From Sedimentisphaerales bacterium (GTDB lineage Bacteria; Planctomycetota; Phycisphaerae; Sedimentisphaerales; SM23-30), in assembly GCA_963663805.2 (NCBI GenBank), contig CAXXMR010000015.1:105934-169933 (forward strand): a stretch of 64,000 nucleotides of DNA, read 5' to 3'. Within the stretch, counting starts at the first letter, position 1; every line of letters starts with the position of its first letter. A program made the translations under genes and the position numbers. Under the pieces are notes generated by a model that saw only the letters and a list, made by a program, of their open reading frames with translations, was not told the origin of the DNA and did no database searches. Positions 42,301 to 52,052 of this stretch are shown one piece after another.

Positions 42301-43701
42301 CAGCCAGGTCAGCGTCTCTGCCCCGTATTTTGACATGGTAAACCAGGCGGTTGTCAATGCCCCCAAAGCTGCGGCCACCGTCCCCAGCGGCGTCAGCAAT
42401 GCCAGGAGCAATCCTTTAATAACTGTCAAGGTCCCGGTCAACAGACTAAACAATCCAAAAGCAACACTTAGCGGTAAGGCCATAAGCTTCAAGGCTGTCC
42501 CCATACCCATCAGGGCTGCGCCAGCGGCAATGGCACCGACGGTGATGGTCGCCAGCATCATTATAAACCCGCGGTGTTGACTGACCCACTTGGATATTAT
42601 GCCGCTTAATATCTGTAGTTTTTGGGCCCAAAGCCCAAACATGGGCGCTACGCTCTCGCCGATCTCGATGGCGATACCCTCAATCGCGCTCCACAGCATC
42701 CGCAAGGCCCCGCCCAGGCCGGAGTCCATGATCTGCGCGGTTTTTTCGGCTTTGCCTGCGGCGTTGTCAATGGCGTTATTGAGCTGAGCGAAAGCTCCCT
42801 TGGTGAGCTTCGCTCCACCGGCGACCGCCCGCATCCCAAACAATTCATTGAATATAGCCAGCCGCTTAGCGTTGGGCATCTTCTCGGTAGCCTGGCCCAC
42901 ATCAGAGAGAACATCTGCCACCTTACGCAAAGCACCTGTAGAATTAGTCGCTTTTATTCCCAGCTTAGCCAGCTCCGCCTGGATTTTGGGATCGACTAAC
43001 CGCAGGAGGATATTCTTCATGGTGGTGCCGGCCAGGCTGCCTTTGATCTGGAAGTTGGCCAGGGCCCCCAGGACCTTGGCGGTATCTTCCAGGGTGAGAT
43101 TATATTCGGCGGCGATGGGAGCGGTATATTTCATGGCTTCACCCAAATCTGTCAAAGTCTGGGCGGAATTATTGGCGGTCGCGGTCAGGACATCAGCCAC
43201 TCTTCCCATTGCCGTGGCGTTCAGGGCAAACGCCCGTAAGGTCCCGGAGGCAATCAAGGAGGTCTCCGCCAGATCGGTGGCCGTGGCCCGGGACAGCGCC
43301 AAAACGGAGCCGATGGAGTTTTCTATCTCGCGGGGATTGAATCCCTGCCGACCCAGCTCCACCATGCCCGCGGCGACCTGGGCCGCTGTGAAGGATGTGG
43401 TGCGGCCCAGCTCTTTGGCCTTGTCTGTGAGCATTTCGAATTCATCCGCCGTAGCGCCGATCACCGCCTGGAGCGTGCGCATCTGGTCATCGAACCCGAC
43501 GAATACTTTAGTGCTCAAAACGAAGGGGGCCGCCATAACCGAACCGAATCTGATAAATTTCCGGCCCAACTGCTCGATTTTTGCGCCAAACTGCTTCAGA
43601 CGCTGCTCAGCCAGACGCATACCTCGCACGAGTCTGCTGTTGTCAGCATAAATCTCGACAAAAGCTCGCCCCGCTCTAATTGCACCTTGGGATATTCCCA
43701 T
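42271..43701 (-). pseudogene. Tail tape measure protein (TP901-type), apparently truncated
   Basis: AIRAGRAFVEI, AKELGRTTSFTAAQVA, ADVLTATANNS, IKGSLAGT; only 476 aa with an abrupt end. Confidence 0.85.
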
Positions 43702-43703
43702 GT

Positions 43704-44010
43704 CTACTTATCTCGCTTTATCGTCTGTTGGGTTTTTCGGGGTGCCAACGCCTTGAGGATCTGGATATTGTCGCTGGTGAGTTTGACGCCATTACTTTTG
43801 CAGACTACCTTCTTTTGCGAAAAGGGATTATAATGCCCTGGGGTCACTTTATCTTTCGAGACCACATTATGAACCAGGGCCATAAGCGCCGCAGTGTGTT
43901 CCCACGCGGCCTTTTCGCAGCCTTCATACATCCAAACCAATTGTCGCAGCGTGTATGGGTCCGGGTCTATCCCGATGATGCCGGCATATTCATAGATAGT
44001 CTGCCAAATT
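43704..44010 (-). CDS. Tail assembly chaperone downstream ORF (gpT-like)
   Basis: -1 frame open across the end of 43967-44434: IWQTIYEYAGIIGIDPDPYTLRQLVWM. Confidence 0.55.
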
Positions 44011-44434
44011 CTTGCTGAAGCTGCTCTTCCAGGTCCAGGCTCTCCACCTGCTGAGTGACCTGCCCGATCGCCAGGTTCAGACCTTTTTGCAGCTTGGTGA
44101 TTAGCGCGGCCCGGTCCCGGCGACCGCTCTGCCGGAAAAAATCGATGAGAGCCTCCGTAAAGGCCGCCTGGGCCTGCAGGACCGCTTCGCCGCCCATCAG
44201 TTCACCAAATTCCAGATCGCTGACCCCGGCTTCATCAGCCTGGGGTTTACAGATGGCGTAGAGTACATCCACCAAAAAAGCGATATCAGTAGTCAAACGC
44301 ACACACAAGGGCGGATCGCCCTGGTCGAGGGCGAACAGGTCAACCCCGGCCAGTAATTCCCGGACCCGCTTGACCGTGCCGACCGTCATAACGAGGGACC
44401 ACTGCCTGCCGTTTATATCCTTGAAACTTGCCAT
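43967..44434 (-). CDS. Tail assembly chaperone (gpG-like)
   Basis: Position upstream of TMP; FKDINGRQW...LIDFF. Confidence 0.65.
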   Translation of the reverse strand: MASFKDINGRQWSLVMTVGTVKRVRELLAGVDLFALDQGDPPLCVRLTTDIAFLVDVLYAICKPQADEAGVSDLEFGELMGGEAVLQAQAAFTEALIDFFRQSGRRDRAALITKLQKGLNLAIGQVTQQVESLDLEEQLQQEFGRLSMNMPASSG

Positions 44435-44443
44435 ATTTAATCC

Positions 44444-44776
44444 TCATTCATCTGCCAGGCAATACCAGCCTTCCGGTAAGTCCATCCGGCTGGCGCTGGT
44501 ATTGCCCGCATCGTCTTTAACCCATACTTTAACGTTCTTGACCGTTTCCCGCAGTCGCACCGGCGTACCATCAGGAACATAGATGGTGCGCTGGCCGCAA
44601 CCGGCCAACATGAACACCAGCGGCCAGACAATCCAGGTACATCTAATTTTTGCCCGCAGACGCTGCGTAAGTTCTGACTGCGGGGCGGCGTCAACACAGG
44701 AAGGTTGCGTGTTTTTCAAAAGCACCGGCAGCAGCAGCTTCACCAGTTGGGCCAAAATCAAAATCAAGGTATTCAC
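44444..44776 (-). CDS. Membrane/lipoprotein (spanin-like)
   Basis: Internal lipobox MLAGC; adjacent to a holin-like gene. Confidence 0.4.
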   Translation of the reverse strand: MNTLILILAQLVKLLLPVLLKNTQPSCVDAAPQSELTQRLRAKIRCTWIVWPLVFMLAGCGQRTIYVPDGTPVRLRETVKNVKVWVKDDAGNTSASRMDLPEGWYCLADE

Positions 44777-44851
44777 ATCAAACCTCGCTCATAAAACAGT
44801 CATTAGTCTACAGTATTCTTCTGCTGAAAACTGATTTCTGACCTCTGACAA

Positions 44852-45196
44852 CTATTTCGTCAGTACTCCCGTCGCTTCCAGTTCGGCATGTTTAACCTGA
44901 ATCCCTTCACGCAGTTCAGCTTCTACCTGCGTGGTGGCGCGTTTACCGTTGAGCTCCTGATAAATCCGCAAAACATAATTCAAGGCGGTATCGAGTTTCG
45001 CCAGGGATTTATTGGAAACGTCATTCGGGATTTGCTTTTCCGCGTACTTGATCGCCGCGATGATCGTCCCTTCATACTGCAGCCAGGCGGGCCTCGCGCC
45101 GTAGAGTTTATTGAGCAGCCATAAAAAGACGCCCGCTAAAAACGTGATGCCCACGGGAGAGTTGACAGCCTGCCAGATCATGCTTAGATATTCCAT
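44852..45196 (-). CDS. Holin-like membrane protein
   Basis: One N-terminal TM, AIKYAEKQIP..KLDTALNYV. Confidence 0.45.
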   Translation of the reverse strand: MEYLSMIWQAVNSPVGITFLAGVFLWLLNKLYGARPAWLQYEGTIIAAIKYAEKQIPNDVSNKSLAKLDTALNYVLRIYQELNGKRATTQVEAELREGIQVKHAELEATGVLTK

Positions 45197-45270
45197 AGTA
45201 ATGTGCTCCTTGGGTTAAATGTCTGTAAAAGTTAAATGTTATCTGCCGTTACGGGTTTTGACCTATATCC

Positions 45271-45717
45271 TTATGAGGAGACAGTTACCCACGTCGGGGG
45301 AGTATCCGAATAGGCCGGTTTGATAGTGACGTTGACGGTGAGCGCCTCTTCCAGCGGCTCGTTCCGGGTGAAATTGGTGACCTCGAAATCGGCCTGGAGA
45401 CCCTGGCTCCCGGCGGTGTCAATATCACCATCCATAATCGCAAACGCCAGCGGCGTATCACCGAAATAAGCGGTCTGGATCGCGGTAAATCCGGCATCGG
45501 CGGTATCCCAGACCATCTGGAACTCGACACTGCCATCCTTTAAGGTGGCGGCGATGGCTCGCCAGCCGTTATTGCCGCGGGTACTGACATCGGATTCACC
45601 TTTTTCCAGGTTCAGCGTAACATCCTTAACGTTAGTCATTTCCACAAACGAGGGAGTGTCACCCATTAAGGTGGCACTATAATAAAGCTTTGCGTCTTTA
45701 CCGAGTTTCTTGCCCAT
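45271..45717 (-). CDS. Major tail tube protein
   Basis: NVKDVTLNLEKGESDVSTR..GW...VTNFTRNEPLEEA. Confidence 0.75.
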   Translation of the reverse strand: MGKKLGKDAKLYYSATLMGDTPSFVEMTNVKDVTLNLEKGESDVSTRGNNGWRAIAATLKDGSVEFQMVWDTADAGFTAIQTAYFGDTPLAFAIMDGDIDTAGSQGLQADFEVTNFTRNEPLEEALTVNVTIKPAYSDTPPTWVTVSS

Positions 45718-45739
45718 TGTTCAGCTCCTTATAAAACAC

Positions 45740-45838
45740 AGTCTTCTGGAACAGTCTTCAGTCTCCAGTCCTCGGTCCTCAGGGAAGGAGTCAACAGTCT
45801 TTTTCTTTGCCGTTGCTGAAGACTGAAGACTGAGGACT
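45740..45838. repeat. Heptamer-periodic inverted repeat (intergenic)
   Basis: cagtctt/cagtctc/cagtcct arm and gaagact/gaggact arm; homologous to 50270-50400. Confidence 0.8.
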
Positions 45839-46274
45839 AATTTATCGAGTCTTTCCACATATCCGGGAGTTTGGGTTGTTCTTTAGCCAGCGCTGGGCCC
45901 ATAAACGGCCGGGCCTTAACTTTTATCTTTCGCCGGCCGCGTCCGCGATAACCAGTCACCTGCGAGGTACCGCCATATTCCAGAACTTCCGGTATCCCGG
46001 CATTTTTAGCATTGAGAGCCGTTGGCCCGACAAGCACGGAACGATTATTCCGGTCATAACCAAAGAAAATATTCCGCTTCAATAACCCGGTATGACTGCT
46101 GGGCGGCTGACCTGCTGCGGAGATTCGCTTGCGTTTGCGGATACTGCTGCGGGCCGCCTGACGGACATAAGCCCCGAAGCGACTCAATACCCGCGCCGTG
46201 GTACGATCAACGCCCCGTATGACCTTGCGGTCAAAAAACATCGTTTTGGCCTGCTCGAGCTTGATACCTATCAT
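45837..46274 (-). CDS. Tail completion/neck protein (HK97 gp10-like)
   Basis: GQPPSSHTGLLK, LEYGGT, ARPFMGPA. Confidence 0.7.
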   Translation of the reverse strand: MIGIKLEQAKTMFFDRKVIRGVDRTTARVLSRFGAYVRQAARSSIRKRKRISAAGQPPSSHTGLLKRNIFFGYDRNNRSVLVGPTALNAKNAGIPEVLEYGGTSQVTGYRGRGRRKIKVKARPFMGPALAKEQPKLPDMWKDSIN

Positions 46275-46696
46275 GCCAGCACCCGGTACGTGAGCGTGAG
46301 GATACTGGTAAAGCTGCGTTTATCCTGGAGATGCTCGGGGGCGTAAATGGGGTCATTGACTATCTTCACCCAGCGGGCCGCTGGGTATGCCGTCAAGCTG
46401 TGATCATCCAGATAATCGATAATCTCCTGCACCAAGCCCATCAGAGCATCACAGTCGGCATCGTCCGAAATGCGTTTTTGCACCGCGATATCGATATCAT
46501 AATCGATCTGTCGGCAGCCGCGCCCGGCGATGCTGCGTTCCAGACTGCGGGGCACTACCGTCACCTGCAATTCGGCCAGTTCCTTCAGCTCAAACTCCGG
46601 GCGGTATTTGCGCAGGGCCGTGAAGGCCTGACTGAAGCTGCCATCGTTTAGCTCGGCGACAACCGCATCAGCAATATCAATTACTTCTGAACTCAT
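46271..46696 (-). CDS. Tail terminator-like protein
   Basis: Position; IDIAVQKR, FTSILTLTYR. Confidence 0.55.
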   Translation of the reverse strand: MSSEVIDIADAVVAELNDGSFSQAFTALRKYRPEFELKELAELQVTVVPRSLERSIAGRGCRQIDYDIDIAVQKRISDDADCDALMGLVQEIIDYLDDHSLTAYPAARWVKIVNDPIYAPEHLQDKRSFTSILTLTYRVLA

Positions 46697-46917
46697 CTAA
46701 ACATCCATCCCGCCACAGCGGCGATAAGCGCACCCAGACATAACCAGAACAAACGCCCCATGAACTTATGCCGGGCTTCCAGGTTGGAAATCCGCTGTTC
46801 GTGTCCGGGCTTGCCGTTACCGCGCAGGGCCTCATCCAGTTTATCCAGCTTGGTATGCAGCCGATCAAATTCATGGCGGCAGACACTTTCGTATTGATTC
46901 TCGGGACATTCGCTCAT
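46693..46917 (-). CDS. Small phage membrane protein
   Basis: LDEALRGNGKPG coiled-coil plus C-terminal TM; overlaps neighbours. Confidence 0.55.
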   Translation of the reverse strand: MSECPENQYESVCRHEFDRLHTKLDKLDEALRGNGKPGHEQRISNLEARHKFMGRLFWLCLGALIAAVAGWMFR

Positions 46918-47273
46918 GTGCTATGTACTTCCTTACTATGAATTCGCAGTGTCGTGTGGTAAGGGTCACTCCAGCGATAATGGCCCTGGCCCGAAAGTGA
47001 CATCACCTCGTAAACCTGACTGTCGCTGACGATTTTATCACCAACCTGAGGTTCCGTAAAAGTGGGCGTGAACTCTTCGGCCAGTATCAAAAAATCTGCC
47101 ACCTGAACCATCAGCCGCACCCCGTAATCATCCTCAACTTCATACTCGCTGCGTCCGATGGTGGCGTTAATTACCAGTTCCGTAGCACCGCGACGGTAGG
47201 TAACCGGGCTGGAACAGTGCGCCCGGCGCTGCTGTTCCAACCACTGACTACCCTGTCTCAATAAATCGCCCAT
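46914..47273 (-). CDS. Head-tail joining/closure protein
   Basis: Position; PQVGDKI..YEVM..RWSDP..LRIHSK. Confidence 0.6.
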   Translation of the reverse strand: MGDLLRQGSQWLEQQRRAHCSSPVTYRRGATELVINATIGRSEYEVEDDYGVRLMVQVADFLILAEEFTPTFTEPQVGDKIVSDSQVYEVMSLSGQGHYRWSDPYHTTLRIHSKEVHST

Positions 47274-47289
47274 GATTCATCCCCGGCCA

Positions 47290-47979
47290 TTAAACCGTAC
47301 TCAAAGCCACACCGTCGTTACCCACAACCTTCCACTTGAGATCGCCGCTGATCGTGATCGCCACCAGCTGGATAGTGTCGCCGGCGTCGGCGAAGGTAAG
47401 TGTATTGTTGCCCGTTACATTGACCGCACTGGCAGCCGTGATTACCACATTGCCGCCGTCGGTATCCAGGGCCAGCAGAAGCTCCTGGCCCAGGAAGCTG
47501 GGATCGGCCAGCGTTCGGGTCTCGGCATCGGCGCTAACGAGCATACAGCTGCCGCCTGAGGTAACGGGGATAGCCTCGCCATCACCCGGGTCAGCGATCA
47601 GCGTCTGATAGACATTGTCGAGATACGCCGCGGGGATCAGCTTCACATCCACCGTAGTGTCGGTCTCCGCTACCGCCGCGACCACCAGGCCCGCCAGCGT
47701 GTTCCCGGACAAGGTCGCCGTCGCGGCCCCGGTCCCGACCGAACCGCCGTAGGGGTTGCCATCTGCATCCCAGTAGGCCTTGGCACCTAGAGATAATGAT
47801 TCATTTTTCTTGGGCAGTCGTACTATGCCCTCGATGGTCAATGCCCCCAGGGTGCTGGCCGCGATGTCATTGGCAGCGACGCCGATCATGTTTGTCAGAT
47901 CGATCACATCACCGCCAGTTACCGCCGCCGACGGGGTGTAATCAATAGCCTTACCTTCTTGAATAAATTGCGCCTGCAT
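47290..47979 (-). CDS. DUF2190 capsid cement/decoration protein with extra C-terminal domain
   Basis: FIQEGKAIDYTP..GDV..IGVAANDIAA..GAL..EG; follows the capsid gene. Confidence 0.75.
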   Translation of the reverse strand: MQAQFIQEGKAIDYTPSAAVTGGDVIDLTNMIGVAANDIAASTLGALTIEGIVRLPKKNESLSLGAKAYWDADGNPYGGSVGTGAATATLSGNTLAGLVVAAVAETDTTVDVKLIPAAYLDNVYQTLIADPGDGEAIPVTSGGSCMLVSADAETRTLADPSFLGQELLLALDTDGGNVVITAASAVNVTGNNTLTFADAGDTIQLVAITISGDLKWKVVGNDGVALSTV

Positions 47980-48029
47980 AATAAACTCCTATGTTTTTGA
48001 TTTTCTCAATAACTGAACAAATACCTGCC

Positions 48030-50030
48030 TTACGCCTCACCTTTCATCTTGACGCAACCGCGGGGATCCTGTTCCCGCACCCCAAAATCAATGAACCCGC
48101 GGAACTGGATGCCCAGGGTATTGAAGTCCGCTTCAGCTCGTTCGACGGTGGGCCGATCGACACCGTTGAGGAACGCCACCTCCAGGGCCGCCAGACGATT
48201 GGGATCGGCAAAGAGATACCAGGCCTTGGTACTGTTACCGGTGAAGGCGGCGTTACCCAAATACGAGGAGACCGCCACCTCGAACTTACCGGCATGGGGG
48301 TTATCCACCGGCTTGGGCTTATTGGCGGTGGTAGTCTCGTTGAGCTTCAGGCTACTCATCAATAATTGAGCTTGCACCTTGAGGGCATTGGGTACCAGCA
48401 GATAACGCGGGGCAATCGCCAGCGGCCGTCCGTTGGGCTTGGTCTGGTCCAGGAACAATAGTTCAGCTGCCGTCAGGCCATCGATACTCAGGGCCGTATC
48501 GGCACCGGCGGCATAATTCTTATTGCCGCTGCTGAAAAAACTGCCCGGGTTCGATAACAGCAGAGCCCAGACCGCCTCGGCAATCGCTTCCGCTGCGCCC
48601 ATACCCAGCCGACGCGGCACATCCATGAACGCCGCCAGGTCATCGTTGATGATCGTCTGGCGGGTCAGACTGAACATAATCCCGTGGGTATCGGCCTGGT
48701 TGGAGAAGGTCTGTTCACCGACCTTGCCGTGTTTGAGTTCACCGTCAGCGCCTACCTTCTGGAACTTAAAATCATCGGTGAGGCGGTACCGCGTATGCTG
48801 CTTGAAGTCGCTGACCGTGGCGATCTTGCAGATCTGCCACCAGACATCCTCCACGTAATTGTAGCCTTCCAGCAGCATTTTATTGGCGACATTCGAGAGA
48901 ATACCCGGCAGCGACAAAGTCGAGAACGCCGCCTGAATGAAATCCGTTCCCGTCCCGGCGAAATGGGGCAACTCGCGCCCCTCAGCGCGGGCACACAAAC
49001 GGAAGAATTCCTGGATACCAATCCCACGATAGCGGTCGGCCTCATTCAGAGCCCGCTCCCCGTAAGCCTTGAGCATGACAGCTTCATCAGCCTGACCCGC
49101 CAGGGCCGCGGTAGCCAGCAGGATATTGCGATCCAGCTGCGGCGTGGAAGTTTTTACCGCCGGAGCCTTCGGGCGGGCCGCGCGAAGTACCTCCAGCTCA
49201 CAGCGGCTGGTATCCCAACCCGATTCGATGGCGTTGGCTTCGATCTCGGGATATTCACCGTTACAAATTTGACGAATCGCCTGAATACGGCGGGTTTCGA
49301 TGGCGATTCGCTGACGCATCTGGGCTACCGGATCGGGCTGCTTCGGGGCCTGAGCCTCGATCTTCTCGGGGACGGTTTGTTCGGGTTGCGGTTCCTGCTC
49401 CTTTTCGTGCTGCACTTCGTTTTCAGTTGGTGTCTCGGTTTTCGTCACGGACTCTTCAGCCACTTTTTCATCCTGATTCTTTTCCTGCACCTGTTCTTCC
49501 TCTCTGGCCTTCGCGGCCACCTTTACGCTGGTATTAGTATCTGCACCTGAATCCACGAAACTTATCTCCTTCAAAATAGATTTACGCACTACATACAAAG
49601 GACCGGCAAAGGTCCTGCCGTTTACCTGTACCTGATTCCCCGGAGGGATAAACTCCGCCTCGATGATGCGAGCCCCAATACTGGCCTGCCAGGGAAAGCC
49701 GTTCTTACCGCTGCGAATGACGTCCCGGGCCCAGCTGGTATCTCTGCTGATAAGCCCCTCGGCACTGACGATACCGCCCTCGATGGCCACCCGTTCGGTA
49801 TGGCCCACGCCCTGGCGGGCGTTATGATCCAGGCGGATGGGCAGGTTCTGACGCTCGATGGAGAGCCCTGCCAGGTCCACCACCACCGGATGATCAAAAC
49901 CGGCGATAATCATCTCCCCGCCCGTATATGCGACCATATTAAAACGCGGCACAGAGTCATCACCTCCGGCGGCCTCGATCTTCAAGGTGCATTCGAATTT
50001 AATATCCTGGGGCAACTCATTCTTCTTCAT
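48030..50030 (-). CDS. Prohead protease-scaffold-major capsid fusion
   Basis: AYTGG, IRLDH, WQASIG, EISFV..GAD protease; LPGILSNVANKMLL, SLTRQTIINDDL, EVAFLNG capsid. Confidence 0.88.
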   Translation of the reverse strand: MKKNELPQDIKFECTLKIEAAGGDDSVPRFNMVAYTGGEMIIAGFDHPVVVDLAGLSIERQNLPIRLDHNARQGVGHTERVAIEGGIVSAEGLISRDTSWARDVIRSGKNGFPWQASIGARIIEAEFIPPGNQVQVNGRTFAGPLYVVRKSILKEISFVDSGADTNTSVKVAAKAREEEQVQEKNQDEKVAEESVTKTETPTENEVQHEKEQEPQPEQTVPEKIEAQAPKQPDPVAQMRQRIAIETRRIQAIRQICNGEYPEIEANAIESGWDTSRCELEVLRAARPKAPAVKTSTPQLDRNILLATAALAGQADEAVMLKAYGERALNEADRYRGIGIQEFFRLCARAEGRELPHFAGTGTDFIQAAFSTLSLPGILSNVANKMLLEGYNYVEDVWWQICKIATVSDFKQHTRYRLTDDFKFQKVGADGELKHGKVGEQTFSNQADTHGIMFSLTRQTIINDDLAAFMDVPRRLGMGAAEAIAEAVWALLLSNPGSFFSSGNKNYAAGADTALSIDGLTAAELLFLDQTKPNGRPLAIAPRYLLVPNALKVQAQLLMSSLKLNETTTANKPKPVDNPHAGKFEVAVSSYLGNAAFTGNSTKAWYLFADPNRLAALEVAFLNGVDRPTVERAEADFNTLGIQFRGFIDFGVREQDPRGCVKMKGEA

Positions 50031-51526
50031 CTGCGTTCTCCGTATTATTTACAGGGACAGTTACTTCGGTTTCGTTTAAGCCTAATTCAGCCATAAGCTT
50101 TTTCTCTTTGGCCCGCTGCTGCAGCTCCGTCTCCCAGTCTTTACCCTGGCGGGCGTATTCGGCGGCCAGAGTGGTAGTGTTTGATTTGAGACGGATCTCC
50201 TGGGCCCGCGCTTCCTTAGCCGGATCGACATGTTCGCTGCCATCGAAGAACCACTGATGCGGCAGGAATGAGTCTTTAGTCTTCAGTCTCCAGTCCTCAG
50301 AATCAGTCCCCAGTCTCCAGTCCTCGGTCCTCAGGGGTGGGGTATCTTGCTGTTGCTGAAGACGGAGGACTGAGGACTGTAGACTGTAGACTGTTGTGAA
50401 GTCTATATTCACGCCACCAGGCCGTGAATATTTTATCCAGAACCACCGTAGCCATATCCGCCTGCTCCACCCGGATACTCTTATAGTAAGTCTGATGATC
50501 CAAGCGCCCCGAGGCATAGTTGTAACCCGAGGAATTACACGCCGCGATATTAAACGGCAGGTTCAGACAGCGGGCGATCTCATTGAGGATTTCGTGTTTG
50601 AACTCCGAGTAGGTGGTGCCGGGTTGTTCGGCCTTGATCTGGCCCAGCTTCCAGCCGTCCGGTAGAGTCGTCGCCATGCGTTTTTCCAGCTCGACGATAT
50701 CCATGGGCTCTACGGAGGCGGCTTCGCCGTTGGCCGGGGCGTCGGTATAAAGTACCGCCGCAAAATCCGCGGCTGTCTCGGCGGCACCCAAGACGGCCAG
50801 GGTATAACGCCGCAACTGGGCAAATAGCGGCAGGGCGGGCGTAACTTCCGGGATACCCCGATGCTGACCGGGCCGATCTTTGCGGAACCAGTGCACTACC
50901 GCATCGGCATTAACCCTCTGGAAATCATCAAACCGAAACTGCAGCTCACCGGGATGATTTTTGAGGATATAATAAGCGGCCGGGTTACCGAATCTATCCA
51001 GTTCAATACCATCGACGTTATTATTGAGCGTTGCATAACGCCAGGGCAAAGTTACTCGCTCAGCCTCTACCAGGTGGACATCCAGCTTGACTGGCCCGGT
51101 GAGTCGATGGTTAGCTGTCAGCACCGCAAAACCTTCACCGTCAGTAGATTTGGCCATACGCAAGGTTCTTAGTTTAGCGGCCAGTTCAATATCGTGAGCC
51201 CAGCTCATAAAGGCGGTTTCTACACGACGGTTCAGATCGGCATTTTCGGTAAGAACCTGCAAACGCGGGCCGGTACCCACGCAGTCATTAGCCAGAGTCA
51301 AAATGATACCTTTGGCATAAGAGTTATTGGCGACTTCATAGCGGCTACGCTGGCGGAGTTTACCGCGAACCTCCGGGCTGGCGGCCGCATCGGCAGAGAG
51401 AGCATCAGCCATAGCCCAGTGCCGGGCGTTCTCAGCGGTAGTTTGCGCTGCGTCATAACGGGCCTGCAACCGAACCGGAATACTCCGGGCAATTTGATTA
51501 TTGTTTTTACGTTTAAACCATTTCAT
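50017..51526 (-). pseudogene. Lambda-family portal protein, frameshifted inside a heptamer-repeat insert
   Basis: ARYDAA, RSRYEVANNSYAKG, RPGQHRGIP, YNYASGRLD in one frame; HVDPAKEA..GKDWE in the next. Confidence 0.88.
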
Positions 51527-51530
51527 GAAA

Positions 51531-51728
51531 TTAGCAGCTGCCTCCCGGCGATAATTTATTAAACTTCAAACCCAGACCTTTCTGAGCGACGGCTTTTTTT
51601 GATTCCAGAAATTTATCCGCGGCGATCTGATCCGGCAGAGAATGCTGCTCGACACTACCCGAATCGCCGCTGGCTTTTCGCGGGCCGTTGGCGTTATCGC
51701 GAATTGAGGTGTCAAGTTCGTCAGTCAT
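51531..51728 (-). CDS. gpW-like head completion protein
   Basis: Between terminase and portal; SGDSGSVEQHSLPDQIAADKFL. Confidence 0.6.
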   Translation of the reverse strand: MTDELDTSIRDNANGPRKASGDSGSVEQHSLPDQIAADKFLESKKAVAQKGLGLKFNKLSPGGSC

Positions 51729-51859
51729 ATAAATCTCCGGCAGGTGTCAAAAAAAGTAAGGCCGCTATTAGACAATTACCCGGTGAAATCGCAATCTGGC
51801 GGGAGATTCTGAGAAAAAATAAAAATCATTACGCATATAGAACCTGAACGGTTTTTTTC

Positions 51860-52051
51860 TTAGCACGTGCCTGCCGCGTACTGTTCATACGTGGTAATCC
51901 GCCGACCGCAATAGCGGCATTCGCGACGGCGCAGTAGCCTCCCCCCTACCGCCTGGCGGGTATAGAGCACCCGGAAATGTCCGCAGCCACAGTGGGGGAC
52001 ACACCAAGCCGCGCTGCTGTTCGGATATTTGTTCAGTATTTTTCTGAGTCA
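51860..52051 (-). pseudogene. Small Zn-ribbon protein (NrdR-N/Ogr-like), frameshifted at a G5 run
   Basis: CPHCGC..RVLYTR..RRRECRYCGRRITTYE read across one frameshift. Confidence 0.6.
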
Positions 52052-52052
52052 T

